Source: Octopus sinensis (Eukaryota). Taken from it: a DNA stretch of 61,869 nt. The notes under the pieces are model-generated. The model was not told the DNA's origin. It was given only the letters and a program-made list of their open reading frames with translations, and made no database searches. Both the position numbers and the translations under genes were made by a program. The stretch is from assembly GCF_006345805.1 (NCBI RefSeq), contig NW_021835447.1:1-61869 (forward strand), given 5' to 3'. Each line of letters starts with the position of its first letter. Within the stretch, counting starts at the first letter, position 1. Positions 24,941-38,072 of this stretch are shown here, piece after piece.

Positions 24941-25854
24941 TGGGCCGGGTATTTATATACCTATCTATATGTTATACATGTATGTGTACGTATTAAGTAC
25001 GGTTTTGTAAAAGTACTACAGTAATTATTATATATTTAACGTTTTGTATTTTCATTTTATACAGAATCAGACTTGACCCAAGACAACCTATTACCAAATA
25101 GCAGTCTTTAAGTCACCAACCTTCACAACTATTAACGATATTTCAGTAGACAAGTTAACACGATCTGCTTGAAGTGATCAGATATAAAATGAGCTGCAGA
25201 GTCTAAGCTTCTTGTTCGTTTCGTCTCAGCACACGTCTTTCTGCGACCTTCGTGATAAGATTTAATCATTGTACCACATTGCATTCTTGAATAACAGTAC
25301 GAAAGAGAGATGAAAAGAGATGCTGACGCTAACAAACAAAACTGAACATAATTCTACAGGATTTATATAGTTATTTGTTATCATTATTATTATTATTATT
25401 ATTCTTTTCATATATATATATAGCGAGATAGACAGATTATATATCATGCCGATATGAGTTTTGCTCTCTATAGCTTAAGGCTGGTATTTAAAAAAAAAAA
25501 ATATATATATATATTTTCGTTTAACTTTTCAGTAATGTATATTGCGTATAAAAGTTTCAATTTATTCACCTTAATGTTTCTCAAGTTCAGACATAAAGAT
25601 TAACTTGATATAAGATAGAGATACGTAGATAAAAGATAAAGACTTCTTTAATATTATGTTTTAGTGATATATTTCATACAGCAACACATATATATGTATA
25701 TGCATATAATATATATATATATATAATATATATATATAATATATATATATATAATATATATATAATATATATATACATATATACGCAGATTGCTAGATAG
25801 ATATAGATATTTATACATTCATATGTATATACATTGTTATTTTTGTGTGTATAT

Positions 25855-26240
25855 ATTCTTTTGTTTTTTAGTTGTTTCAGTCATTTTGACTGTGACCATG
25901 CTGGAGTGCCGTCTTTTAGTCGAAGAAATCGACCCCTGTACTTGTTCTTTGTAAGCCTTGTATTTATTCTATCGGTCGCTTTTGACGAACCCCTAATGTT
26001 ACGGGGACGTAAACACACCAAGATCGGCTGTCAAGCGATGGTGGAGAGACAAACACGGCACAAACACACAAATATACACATATATACGGCAGGTTTCTTT
26101 CAGTTTCCGGCTACCAAATCCACTCACAAAGCTTTGGTCAGCACGTGGCTATGGCAGAAGACACTTTCCGAAGGTGCCACGCAGTGGAACTGAACCCGGA
26201 ATCATGTGTTTGGGAAGCAAGCTTCTTACCACACAGTCAG
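25855..26240 (-). mobile_element. SINE family B, near full length
   Basis: Matches the reverse complement of 33995-34462 with a short internal microsatellite. Confidence 0.88.
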
Positions 26241-26390
26241 AGAGAGATAGACAGATACATAAACACACAAACATATATAGATATAGGTATGTTTTGTGTG
26301 TGTGTGTGTGTGTATAAGCATGACCACAACCACGGTAAAAATGTAAAGCAACAAATCTGGAAAAACAAAATACTACCGTTTGCATTTGTA

Positions 26391-26596
26391 AAGGTGTAGT
26401 TGGCTTCAAGGAGGAAATGTTTTACAAACAATAATAGGCGGTTCAAAAAAGATTAGTTGGTCTTAATATGAGAATATTGAAAGAAACAGTGACGTCACTG
26501 GACGTTTGTGACGTCATAGTTTCTTTCAATTTTCACATATATAAAACTAACTGAACTTCGTGTCTCTTCTATTTTTGTCTATTAAATCTCCACCTT
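26391..26596. mobile_element. Possible Kolobok-like MITE carrying a hairpin with two TGACGTCA sites
   Basis: Ends AAGGTGTAG / CTCCACCTT; internal inverted repeat 26476-26531 with TGACGTCA at 26490-26497 and 26509-26516. Confidence 0.35.
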
Positions 26597-26749
26597 TATT
26601 TTTCCTATGTTTGCAATAATATTCTCCATTGCTTTGCTATTTTATAAGTCGCTTCGAATAAACTTCAAAGTTATTGTCTTATTATCTGTTTTGGAAACAT
26701 TAAAATTTGCTAGGAGTCATTTCTTCGCTTAATATTTCTAATGCAATAA

Positions 26750-27650
26750 AGCGGCGAGCTGGCAGAAACGTTAGCACGCCGGGCGAAATGTTTTGCGGTA
26801 TTTCGTGTCTTTATGTTCTGAGTTCAAATTCCAACGAGGTCAGCTTTGCCTTTCATCGTTTCGGGGTCGATAAATTAAGTACCAGTTCCGTACTGGGATC
26901 GATCTCATCGACTGGCCCACTCCCCCCAAATTTCGAGCTTTGTGCCTAGAGTAAAAAAGAATATTTCTAATGCAATAAAGGTGGCGAGCTGGCAGAATCA
27001 TCAGCACGCCGAGCAAAATGTTTCGTGACATTTCGTCGGCCTTCATGTTCTGAGTTCAAATTCTACAGAGATCGACTTTGCTTTTCAAGGTTGATAAAAA
27101 CAAAGTACCAGTTGAACACTGGGGTCAATGTAATTGGCTTATCCCCATCCTCGAAATTGCTGGCATTGTGCCAAAATTTGAAATTAACATTTCTGATTTC
27201 ATAAAAGCGGTGAGCCGGTAGAATCGTTTGCACACCAGTCTTTATATTCTGGGTCGGTCCTTACGTTCACTGTTCAAATTCCGCCAGGGTCGACTGTGCT
27301 TTTCATTCTTTCCGGGGTCGATAAAATAAATACCAGTCGAGTACTAGGTCGATGTAATCGACTTACCCCTCCCACGAAATTACTGACCTTGTGGCAAAAT
27401 CTGAAATTAATATTTCTGCAAAAATCAAGGCGTCGAGGTGGCAGTATCGTTAGCACGCCGAGCAAAATGCTTAGCGGAATTCCGTTCGTCTTTACGTTCT
27501 GAGTTCAAATTCCGCCATAGTCGACTTTGCCTTTCATCCCTTCTATGGTCAATAAAATATGTACCAGTCAATGTAAATGACTTATCCATTTCCCGGAAAT
27601 TGCTTGCTGACTTACTGCCAAAATTTGCAGCCAGTATTTCTGATGTAATA
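26750..27650 (+). mobile_element. Array of four full SINE family A copies separated by a reiterated ~20-bp target sequence
   Basis: Each copy begins GGCGAGCTGGCAG-like; linkers ATATTTCTAATGCAATAAAG (26731, 26960) and diverged versions (27187, 27409, 27634). Confidence 0.9.
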
Positions 27651-27988
27651 AGTTTTGATCCTTTGCCTGTCCGAAACATTTTCATAAGTTTGTCCTAAAT
27701 GTCCCTGCTTGTTTTCAGCTTTTTAGTTAGCCCTTGTTGCATGCGTTCAGAGTAATATAAAGCTTTCCTTTCATAAGTACTTAATAACTCTAATGGTTGG
27801 AAAAAATGGGAATGTGTATCATATATGACGCATGGGCACCAGGTAAAAATTATCCTGTGTATTACATGTGATACACAGAACAGGCTAAAGGTTAACGCCT
27901 GTTCTCCTCTCTTGATATTCTTGACATTGTAAGACATCATCACCATTATCGTCCACAGGGCTGTCAAATAGTTAACAATACACATAGT

Positions 27989-28330
27989 GAAGAGGCGTGG
28001 CTCAGTGGTTGGAGCGTCGGGCTCACATTCATGAGGTAGTAAGTTCGATTCCTAGACCGGGCTGTGTGTTGTGTTCTTGAGCAAGACACTTTATTTCACA
28101 TTGCTCCAGTTTCCTCAGCTGTAGAAATGAGTTGCGACGTCACTGGTGCCAAGCTGCATCGGCCTTTGCTTTTCCCTTGGATAACATCGGTGGTGTGGAG
28201 AGAGGAGAGGCTGGAATGCATGGGCGACTGCTGGCCTTCCATAAAACAGCCTTACCCGGACTTATCCCGCGGAAGGTAACTTTCTAGGTTCAATTCCATG
28301 GTCATTAATGACCGAAAGAGGTATTTACCC
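27989..28330 (+). mobile_element. SINE family C, tail type 1
   Basis: GGCTCAGTGGTTGGAGCGTCG..AAGTTCGATTCC..TGTGTTCTTGAGCAAGACACTTTATTTCAC. Confidence 0.9.
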
Positions 28331-28905
28331 TTACACATGCACACATCACATCACACGCACGCACGCACACACACACATACGCACACACACACATGCATGC
28401 ACACGTATACACAAATATGTGCACGTGTCTGTGTGTGTTTTATGAAAAAGAAACTAAACAAGAAGGAAAAAGAGAGTACTTACTAAGAAGTAATGTATCG
28501 TCTTTGTATTTAGCTTGCAAGAGTCTTGATATGAACACGTGTATTGAAATAAATTTTCTTACATCTTGGAAGGATCATTACACAGTGCGTGTGTTTCTTA
28601 TTGGCGTAATGCCCGTTCCAAAATACATCAAAATAAAGTAATATATTTATTAGAAACTGAAACTTCACTAATCGTTACTACGTGGAATACTCATGGATGG
28701 GTTGATTGAATTTTCTGGATATTTAACTACCTGTCTATGAAGAACCACTACAGAAGATAATTCGGATCCGCTTCTATATCTGATATGAGAGTATGAACTT
28801 TCAGGAAGATATATTATGTACTCTCGCTTTCCTAATTTCCCTCTTTTTTCTTTCTTGCTATACATACATACATACATACATACATGCATACATAAATAAA
28901 TAAAT

Positions 28906-28949
<44 letters not shown>

Positions 28950-30494
28950 TATATATATATATATATATATTACTCCCTTCTGTATAACTATTTTATAAAT
29001 GCTTTGATGTCATTAACAATTACCTGCCCTCCTTAATTTTGAATATATATATATATATATATAGATATAGATATAGATAGATATATAGATAGATAGATAG
29101 ATAGATAGATAGACAGATAGACAGACAGATAGAGAGAGAGAGAAAGAGAGAGAGAGAATATATATATATATGTATACATGCATATATAAATATATATGTG
29201 CATATATATAAATATGTTTGTATATGCGTGAGTGTGTGTGTGTACGCGTGCATGTGTGTGCGTGCGTGTGTGTGCGTGTGAGTATGTGTGTGTGTGTGTG
29301 TGTGTATTCTATTTTAGTAACATTGGACATTTTCTAAAAAAATGAATTTCACCCATGATTCCATCTCATATCTTATCAAAGAATATTAGGAATTTGAGAG
29401 TTTAGTGAAATTCTATTCAGCAGCGAAACCAATTTGCTTAATGGTTCGTGTCAGAGGTTTTCCTTTTTTTTTCTTTTTTTGCTTTTCCTTTTTCTTGCTT
29501 TTTTTTTTTTTTACTTTGTCATGGTGTTAGCATTTAGTTCTGTTAGGGAAATAAAGTTGATATTTTCTGGTCGTGACACATCACAAACATGATTGTATTC
29601 CGTGCAGTGAAGTTCGTGGGAACAATTTCAGCTAATATTAGTCCGACAGAATTGATAAGCATCTTCTGTTTCTGATTCTTTATATAAGCATGAAATTTTA
29701 GATAATAATAAGAAGAAATGGAAATTGTATTCGGGAGTATTTCCAAATAAAGGAATTTGACTGCATTCGCAAATAAACTGGGAAATTACTTTCACTTTAC
29801 GGCGCTCTCCACACTAAGCAGGATTGTCAGTAAAGGCACTTCAACAGAGACGTTTCACCTACTCACGGAAGTTGCTTGTAGCTTAGCTTAAAAGCTCTCA
29901 ATTACCTTTATATGATATACGCAGTACTTTTTTAAGATAATGCACCATAGGCGCACAATTGTCGTTCTACTCTTGCCTGACTGTGTACATATGTAAAGCT
30001 CAGCCGCTGAATATACAGACATACATAGCCAGATATGGATTGCTTCAAACACTCCGATTATATTTCAGTTGTTTGACCTTAATCAGTTGAGCATGTCCCT
30101 TAGTGGCTGATGAGATGTGCATCTCTGATCACGAGCAGAAGTAGTGGGGGAGCATCATAGCCATGTGTTGAGAGGGATTCTTTGGGGTTTGAATAATTCA
30201 CCTCTGGAAACATAGGTGTTTCGTTCAACATCCTTAAACAACCCTTATTCAGGGACCTTTTGAACGGGATGGGTTACTCAACCAGAAGAAAATTCTAACT
30301 TGGCCCCCACCTGCGATGTTTATCTTGATATGAGGTAATCAAGTTTCGCACATATGGTTGTGGTGCATCTGCCTGGTGTAACCTTATCAGACGGGTAGTC
30401 AATATGGGTATACTGGCTTCGTTAATTTTACACCAGTGTCATTTTGATGGCTTGTACTGCTCTTTCACTCAATATAAATAATAACAATAATGAT

Positions 30495-30882
30495 AACAAG
30501 AGCACTCAGAGAGCGCAAACCTCCGCCAAGGCAACACCAACGTCCTCTCAACCATTAGCCAGAGAATATTTTAAAAATGAGAATATCTGAAATAAACTCG
30601 ACTGCTCTCACAGACGAGAATACTAAAAATGGACCCGACCGCTCTCAAAAATTAAGTAAAAAAAAAATAAATAAATAAAACGGGAAAAATAATCCAGAAT
30701 CCTTTTCCGGCACCGGATCGATCCCATAATCTAGTCAATTCGTGCGAGTCACGAGGCCAAACGTCCTTGAAAGTTTCATCCGAATCCATCCAGCGGTTCT
30801 TAAAATATCTTGTCCACGGACAAACAAATAAACAAACGTGACTGAAAACAGTACCTCCGTTTTCGCTAAGGTGGAGGTAATA
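30495..30882 (-). mobile_element. Non-autonomous Helentron-type element (copy 2)
   Basis: Reverse complement of 10648-11030; abuts (AAT)n. Confidence 0.8.
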
Positions 30883-30888
30883 ATAATG

Positions 30889-30947
<59 letters not shown>

Positions 30948-30970
30948 TAATAATAATAATAATATAATAA
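30879..30970. repeat. (AAT)n microsatellite
   Basis: Directly visible. Confidence 0.96.
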
Positions 30971-31608
30971 TAGTACCTTTGGATTATCAACTTCTGTAAT
31001 GTAATAACAAGAAAATATAATATTGTCTTGTTACTACATTATTCGAGTGGATAATTTAAAAGTAGAAAGTAACTTACTCTTCATTTCGAAATTTTCTATT
31101 CACTGCTAAGAGTTTTAGAAAAAGAAAGCTTAAAGATTGTATTCGAAAATCTTTTTCCTGTTCACAATAAGCAAATGAAAATTCGTTTTTCTAATGGAAT
31201 GGCGATTTGTTTTCTTTCTCTGCTTATGTGAAGTTAATTAGAATTCAATTTTTTTACTAATCTAAAACGAACACGGATAGCATAATATGGAATCAGAATC
31301 TATTTTCTGATCTCGTGTGAGGAGTGAAGGCTGAATCCGTAGCTTCTTCATAGCCGTTAAAAAAAGAGAAGAAAAATAGTAATAATCATGACGTTTCGTG
31401 ACTGCCGAGTAAGGTTAATTTGACAATTGCAAATGTCGAATGAAAAATTGCTGAGCAGAGCATTTCGAAATGATACGACTGCGAAAGGAAAAAGTGAGCA
31501 AGGGCTTAGCGGTTAGACATACCAGCTTGTGCGAGAAAAGTGTGTTAAGACAGAGGATGTATATATATGTATATGTATATATATATATATGTATATATAT
31601 ATATGTGT

Positions 31609-31655
<47 letters not shown>

Positions 31656-31659
31656 TGTG

Positions 31660-31855
31660 TGACCGCGTGTGTATCGTTGGCGATTTTCTTTCTCCGTCTT
31701 CCCTTCCTTGGACCTTTCCTTTTACTTTTTCTGACGAAGAGCTCCGCTCGAAACGTTAATTCCCCTTTCTTTCCTTTCCGGAGCGTCCAATAACACTATA
31801 CTTGTTCCACGTCCTCGCATTGTTGTATTTTCTCTTTGTTCATGATTGGTAAAAC
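31660..31855 (+). mobile_element. PLE pLTR-like repeat with a minimal hammerhead (GAGC/GCTC family)
   Basis: CTGACGA(31731-37)-A-GAGC-TCC-GCTC-GAAA(31750-53)-CGT-T; closely similar copy at 40540-40745. Confidence 0.75.
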
Positions 31856-31925
31856 TATATATATATATATATATATATATTATAGGAATAAAAATGGAGT
31901 TAACGCAGGTTTAAACAAGTATTTT

Positions 31926-32010
31926 CTTTCTACATATGTTTCAAAAATTCCACTGATACTTATTCAAAAGAATAAAAGGTATAAACAATGCAATCTTCTC
32001 TTCGGGAAAG
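31926..32010 (-). ncRNA. Type I hammerhead in the left pLTR (U4C core variant)
   Basis: Stem I CTTTC/GAAAG, core CCGAAGA, long imperfect stem II, GAAA, palindromic stem III ACATATGT, A17. Confidence 0.7.
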
Positions 32011-33401
32011 GGAAAAAACGAAACTTGTCAATACGACATTTTAGCAAAAATGATGGATTCGTATAGCGATAGACAGAACGCTATTAATATTGTTTAAAAA
32101 AACGTTATATGATATAACGTCATAAGTAGCTAACAGAAAGAGTAGGGATATTAATAGTGAATGTTAAATATAAGGAAATTAAAGTCTAAACTATATATAA
32201 TGATAGAGACTACTTATATGCACTAAAAGTATGTTTTTGCCAATGCTACATCTGTATGCTCGTTCTATAACCGTGTTTACTAGAGTATTTTTAGAAAAAT
32301 AATGAAAATAGCTCAGAATTGCAGAAAAGACAGAATTTCTTGCCTTTGTCATATGGTATCGAAATTGAGAGGATCAACCATTCCAAATGAAATTGTTCAT
32401 TGTGGTCTTTAAATCAAATCAGTTTGCTGAGACCGGTACTATTCCGTTATTTCTATCCCTAAATGTTGAGTAATGGATAGAATTCTCTTAGATAACTCTA
32501 ACGATGTGCTTCCAATGTAAAATTGTACTTTATTACGAGTACTGATTATACACTGTATATAGAATTTTTAATCTTAGAGTTACTTGACATAAATTTAATT
32601 CTATTGGGATTGACTTCAGATACAATAACCTTGTTATTAATATTTCTAGAGGGTTGGATGGTAGTAGCTAAATTATGTTAGTATTAGTAATGTATTAATA
32701 TTAACAGTTTTGTTATTATGAGAAGATATAATTTGCAAGAGATTTTTTGTGTTTGAAAAACCTATCCTAACTTTATGTGAATTAATTATAGAGTAATATC
32801 TAGAATTATTTGGAAAATTCCTAGCAATAGCTTGACGAAACAGCAGTGGGAGATTAGATTTAATTTGTCTCCCGTAAGGAATTATTAACCAATATTTTTA
32901 CTAGTATTCATAGCGTAATTACTTTTGAAGGTGTTATATTTACTTTTAGATCGGTAATAGGGGAATAAATAAGGGTTATCTGCCTTTCATTCGCTTTGTA
33001 TCGGTGCGTAAGTTAAGTATGTTTGTTATCAATAATTCTTTTACGACTAGAAATCTTATCTACATTATTGAATTTACAATTAGACTGAGCAGAATCAATG
33101 TAGAAAATTTTTTCTGTATAACCTGCTTTGATTAAGGCAGAGTTATAGAATTCAGCGTTATTATTGAAAATATCAACATTAGCAGATAATTTAGATAATC
33201 TAAATGAAATATTCTTAGCTAAATTCTTTAATTTCCTTTATATTTAACATTCACTATTAATATCCCTACTCTTTCTGTTAGCTACTTATGACGTTATATC
33301 ATATAACGTTTTTTTAAACAATATTAATAGCGTTCTGTCTATCGCTATACGAATCCATCATTTTTTGCTAAAATGTCGTATTGACAAGTTTCGTTTTTTC
33401 C

Positions 33402-33486
33402 CTTTCCCGAAGAGAAGATTGCATTGTTTATACCTTTTATTCTTTTGAATAGTATCAGTGGAATTTTTTGAAACATATGTAGAAAG
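33402..33486 (+). ncRNA. Type I hammerhead in the right (inverted) pLTR
   Basis: CTTTC(33402-06)-CCGAAGA(33407-13)-stem II-GAAA(33470-73)-CATATG-T-A(33481)-GAAAG. Confidence 0.7.
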
Positions 33487-33672
33487 AAAAAATACTTGTT
33501 TAAACCTGCGTTAACTCCATTTTTATTCCTATTATTCAAATATTCAACGTAAACACGAAGTTTCAACCTTTATAAACAAGGAGTTACAACATCTTTACTT
33601 GTGAGATTTTTGCTGTCCTGGTAACTATTCATTCATTTATCCGTGTTAATGTTAACAAGGTAAAATACACTC

Positions 33673-33722
<50 letters not shown>

Positions 33723-33994
33723 ATATATATATAATATATATATATATATTATATATATTAATTATTTCGCTTAGGCATAGCGATACTAATAACCTGGTGT
33801 TAGAACTCAATACACATATGCAAAATAGTTAGCTGACTAGAAAGCGTAAAAAGAGATTATATAAATAACAAAGGGACAGGAAATTGTGTAATGAACTTAA
33901 TTAGCTAACTGCTGTTTCTGCTATAAGATGCAATGCACTCGTAGCTGAGTTCTTGTGTATCACCTGATGTGTGTATGTGTGTGTGTATACATAG

Positions 33995-34144
33995 GTGTAG
34001 GAGTGGATGTGTGGTAAGTAGCTTGCTTACGAACCACATGGTTCCGGATTCAGTCCCAGTGCGTGGCACCTTGGGCAAGTATCTTCTACAATAGCCTCGG
34101 GTCGACCAAAGCCTTGTGAACTGAAAGAAGCCCGTCGTATATAT

Positions 34145-34191
<47 letters not shown>

Positions 34192-34462
34192 ATAAATGCG
34201 ATACAATAAAATTAATTATAATATATAATATATATATATATATGTATGTATGTGTGCGTATATGTTTGTGTGTCTGTGTTTGTCCCCCAACATCGCTTGA
34301 CAACCGATGCTGGTGTGTTTACGTCCCTGTAACTTAGCGGTTCGGCAAAGGGACCGATAGAATAAGTACTAGGCTTACAAAGAATAAGTTCGGGGTCGAT
34401 TTGCTCGACTAAAGGCGATGCTCCAGGATGGCCACAGTCAAATGACTGAAACAAGTAAATGA
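33995..34462 (+). mobile_element. SINE family B, best full-length copy
   Basis: tRNA-like head, CORE-like GTGGCACCTTGGGCAAGT, internal (TA)n after GAAGCCCGTCGTA, tail ending GACTGAAACAAGTAAA. Confidence 0.92.
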
Positions 34463-34530
34463 GTATATAGGCACACACACATATATAAACATATATATAT
34501 ATATATATATATATGTATACGTGCGCGCAG

Positions 34531-34567
<37 letters not shown>

Positions 34568-34740
34568 GCTGTATTTCATATCCTAACCACGGAGCTCTTG
34601 CCCACTCCATTCTCCAAGTTTTGATGAATAAGAGACCTTTTTATCTAGTAGAAGAAAGAAAGAGAGAGGGAGCCAGACAGACAGACAGACAGACAGAGGG
34701 AGAGAGGAGAGGATGGTAGAGAGAGAGAGAGAAGAGAGAG

Positions 34741-34827
<87 letters not shown>

Positions 34828-35530
34828 AGAAAACAGTTCGGATGTGATCTTGTGGATGAAAAATGTTGATGAATGCTTGTCTTTCAGGCTGCTAGTTCTA
34901 TTTCTGGTTCTATTATTCTCGATGCAAGAAGAGTTTCCAGGAGAACACAAAATCAGAAGCCAGTCAAGGCCGAAATATTTTCTCTTACTTAATCTTTAAA
35001 TTATAAGGCACAAAAAGAAAATGACTCTCCCCAGACACAACAGAATAATCTTTAAATGTTTAATCGTAATGAGTTCATCAGAAATGGTAAAGCTCACCGT
35101 TTGAGATACGCGGTGGGTGGTTTTAGTTGAGTGATCGTAATTAGTTCAATATTCATGAACGTGTGATTAAGAAGTTTGCTTCGCAATCACGTCGTTCCGA
35201 GTTCGATTCCACTGTGTGATACCTTGTGTAAGTATCTTCTCCGATACACTGGAGTCGATCCAAACCTTGCGAACGAAATTGGGTCGATGGAAACTGTGAA
35301 GAAGTCTTCTGGACAGATTGTACTTGTTCTTGGCTGGTAAGTGTACTCAGTTTAGCACTACTGTCTGACCCTTGGATGCCTGGAGTCTATTCTGCTACCA
35401 GCATTTGGATGGGCTGCGGTTTATTTCACCTTTTGAATATTTGATCCCTTATTAATCTCGAAGATTCTACAAAAAGATTACAGATTGTAGGTGCTGGCCT
35501 TCCTCTTCAAACAAAGTCACAAGATATTTG

Positions 35531-35730
35531 TTTCAAATTGTGGCACAAGGCCAAGAGTTTTGGGGATAGGGTAAGTCGATTACATCGACCCCAATACTCA
35601 AATGGTACTTATTTTATCGGTCTCGAAATGATGAAAGGCAAAGTCGATTCTGGTGGCATTTTAAATACTGACGAAATACTGCTAAGCATTTTGCCCGACG
35701 CGGTAACACTTCTGCCAGTTCGCTGCTTTA
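35531..35730 (-). mobile_element. SINE family A
   Basis: Reverse complement of the family A body. Confidence 0.8.
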
Positions 35731-36318
35731 GAAGCCATAAAATAGTAAAAGAAATAGTGAGTGTTGCGTTTCAGGAACATTTTCCTGAGATATGTAGGGT
35801 TGTTTTTGTGCTTTTGGACATTTGTTACACTTCAATTACAATAAGTTTCCCCAAGGTCGTTTATACGAGGGAATGTTTAAACCTGAAAGAAATGTTGAGT
35901 TTGCGTGTAAATGAGATCGGAATGCAAAAGGAGAAAATTTTAGTGTGGTATTAAAGGTAAAAGAATGCAGGTGGTAAACAGTGACAAGAATGAATTATTA
36001 ATACAGAAAAGAAACTTTATAGAGGGAAAATTGAATAAAGCAGTGTTATGAAATCTTCCAAGATGGACGTTTTAACAAGCGGTTTGTGATATCGTTATTA
36101 AGGATAGTACAATCCATAAGAAGAAATATTTGCTGGTGTCGAGAACAAAAACTTTATTTTCTTCAACGGTTTCGCAGCAAAAGAATTCTCCAGTTCCCCT
36201 GGATCTAAAGGGGTTTAAAAAGATGCAAAATGGAAATTTATTGTTCAAATTGCAGATACAGAAATAAGAGCATATTATCCGTCACACCAAGAATATTTTG
36301 AAAACATTTCTTGTGTGT

Positions 36319-36368
<50 letters not shown>

Positions 36369-36429
36369 AGCGTGTGTGTGTGTGAGAGCAAGAGATCTGG
36401 TGGCAATGGTTCCATTTACATACGTATTT

Positions 36430-36760
36430 ATTTTCATATATCAAAGGATATAAAAAGACATTTTCATTTTTATTTATTTTAATGTCATAAGAATTTATAA
36501 AATTTTGAAAAGTGAAATAATTCTTTTTTAGAACAGTGGATCGCGAAGCACACAAAACTATAAATAAACAGCATGTAAATTCGTGGGTAGAAAAAGTCGA
36601 AGGCTGCGCTTAGTGCTCGAACTCACATTTCCTGTAGACATGAAAGGCTTTCTACAATTGGCCTCGCTGGTAAGAATAAGGTTTTTAAAATGGATAGAGA
36701 AATTCGAAGGATTGCTTTGATCCACTAGACGAGCGCCAGTCATGTCTATAGGAGTTATGG
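36430..36760 (-). mobile_element. SINE family D copy
   Basis: Reverse complement of the 16690-17060 tail and B-box segment. Confidence 0.5.
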
Positions 36761-36814
36761 CTTCAAGACAGCTTTCGAATTTTTTTTATCAAAAAGGGTT
36801 TTTCATCCAATATT

Positions 36815-36985
36815 TATAAGCTGGTAAAATCGTTAGCACCCCGGCAAATTGCTTAGCGGCACTGAGATTGACTTTGCCTGCCATCCTTTCGTAATCGATA
36901 AAATATGTACCATTTATACACTGGGGTCGATGTAATAGATTTGCCCCAACCCCCGAAATTGCTGGCCTTGTGCCAAAATTATTAT
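36815..36985 (+). mobile_element. SINE family A
   Basis: AGCTGGTAAAATCGTTAGCACCCCGGC..GGGGTCGATGTAAT..GCCTTGTGCCAAAATT. Confidence 0.8.
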
Positions 36986-37228
36986 TTATAGCTTTATATG
37001 TTTCGAGATTCACTGTTCTAAAAAGGAATAGTATTTTTTACTATTTTACCCGTTTTTTTTTCAAGATTCTTGATGTGAAATCGCATATTGAAACATATAT
37101 TACTATACTTGGGAATGGTCGTATTTTGCCAATTGTAGGAGACACGTGGGATAGAGTCGCTGAAGAGGTCACAGGATGTGTGACGAAAGAATTTTGATAA
37201 AGAAACGAAAACAACAACAACAATATTA

Positions 37229-37229
<1 letters not shown>

Positions 37230-37283
<54 letters not shown>
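37230..37283. repeat. (AAT)n microsatellite
   Basis: Directly visible. Confidence 0.96.
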
Positions 37284-37286
<3 letters not shown>

Positions 37287-37931
37287 CCCAAGTATAACAA
37301 TAATTTTATTTTTATTTTTGTAGAATGGACTCTGATAACCGACGATTACAGTTTAAAGTATCAGTCGATAAAATGAAGATAACTGATGTTTAAGAATAGT
37401 CAATTAAATTGACTCCATTTATTATCAGACGACTTTTATTCTGGTGGGTATTTAAACAGAGAACTACGAAATATGGAATCGTATTCTGTGAAGTACGTAC
37501 TAAATTTATCACTTCGTATTCTGCTGAATCTCAAGAGCTCGGGAACATAATATTGTACTGTTAACAGTACAATTTCTCAACATAATGAAGACTGGCGACA
37601 TAAGAAGTACGAGTCAAGTGCTCTTACTTCCCCTCAAAGCTTGCGGCCTTATGCCTCTGCAAAACAAAAAAAAAAAGAAATCAATATAGATTAATGAAAC
37701 AAATTCTATTGGGAATAGGAAACCTCATTATGAATTTGGATCAGTGGAAACTTACTGTCGTATTATGGCGATCACCAAGAGAGACTCGAAAAGCGATAAC
37801 GAAATTTCGCTTTCTGTCCCTTTCTCTCCCCCTCTCTCTCTCTCTCATTCCCTTTCTCTCTTGCCACCTTCTTTCTACATCTGTCTATCTATCTATGTGT
37901 GTGCGTATAATATACACACTTATACATTGTG

Positions 37932-37952
<21 letters not shown>

Positions 37953-37988
<36 letters not shown>

Positions 37989-38026
37989 TATGTATGTGCA
38001 CATACGCATGTATTAGATACACATCT

Positions 38027-38072
<46 letters not shown>

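Larger units (their letters stand above)
31882..33680 (-). mobile_element. 5'-truncated Penelope-like element with ~305-bp inverted pLTRs
   Basis: Inverted repeats 31882-32184 and 33226-33532. The minus strand of 33225-32185 translates, with frameshifts, as NLAKNISFRLSKLSANVDIFNNNAEFYNSALIKAGY..WLIIPYGRQIKSNL..NFP..KVRIGFSNTKNLLQIISSHN..FYIGST..RNSTGLSKLI..EWLIL..PYDKGKKFCLFC. Confidence 0.9.

Noticed and set aside
30107-30135. CTGATGA-GATG-TG-CATC
   Set aside because: Core and a mini-stem are present but not followed by GAAA or a cleavage site
31390-31397. Minus-strand GAAACGTC (also near 29850)
   Set aside because: No recognisable core or stems
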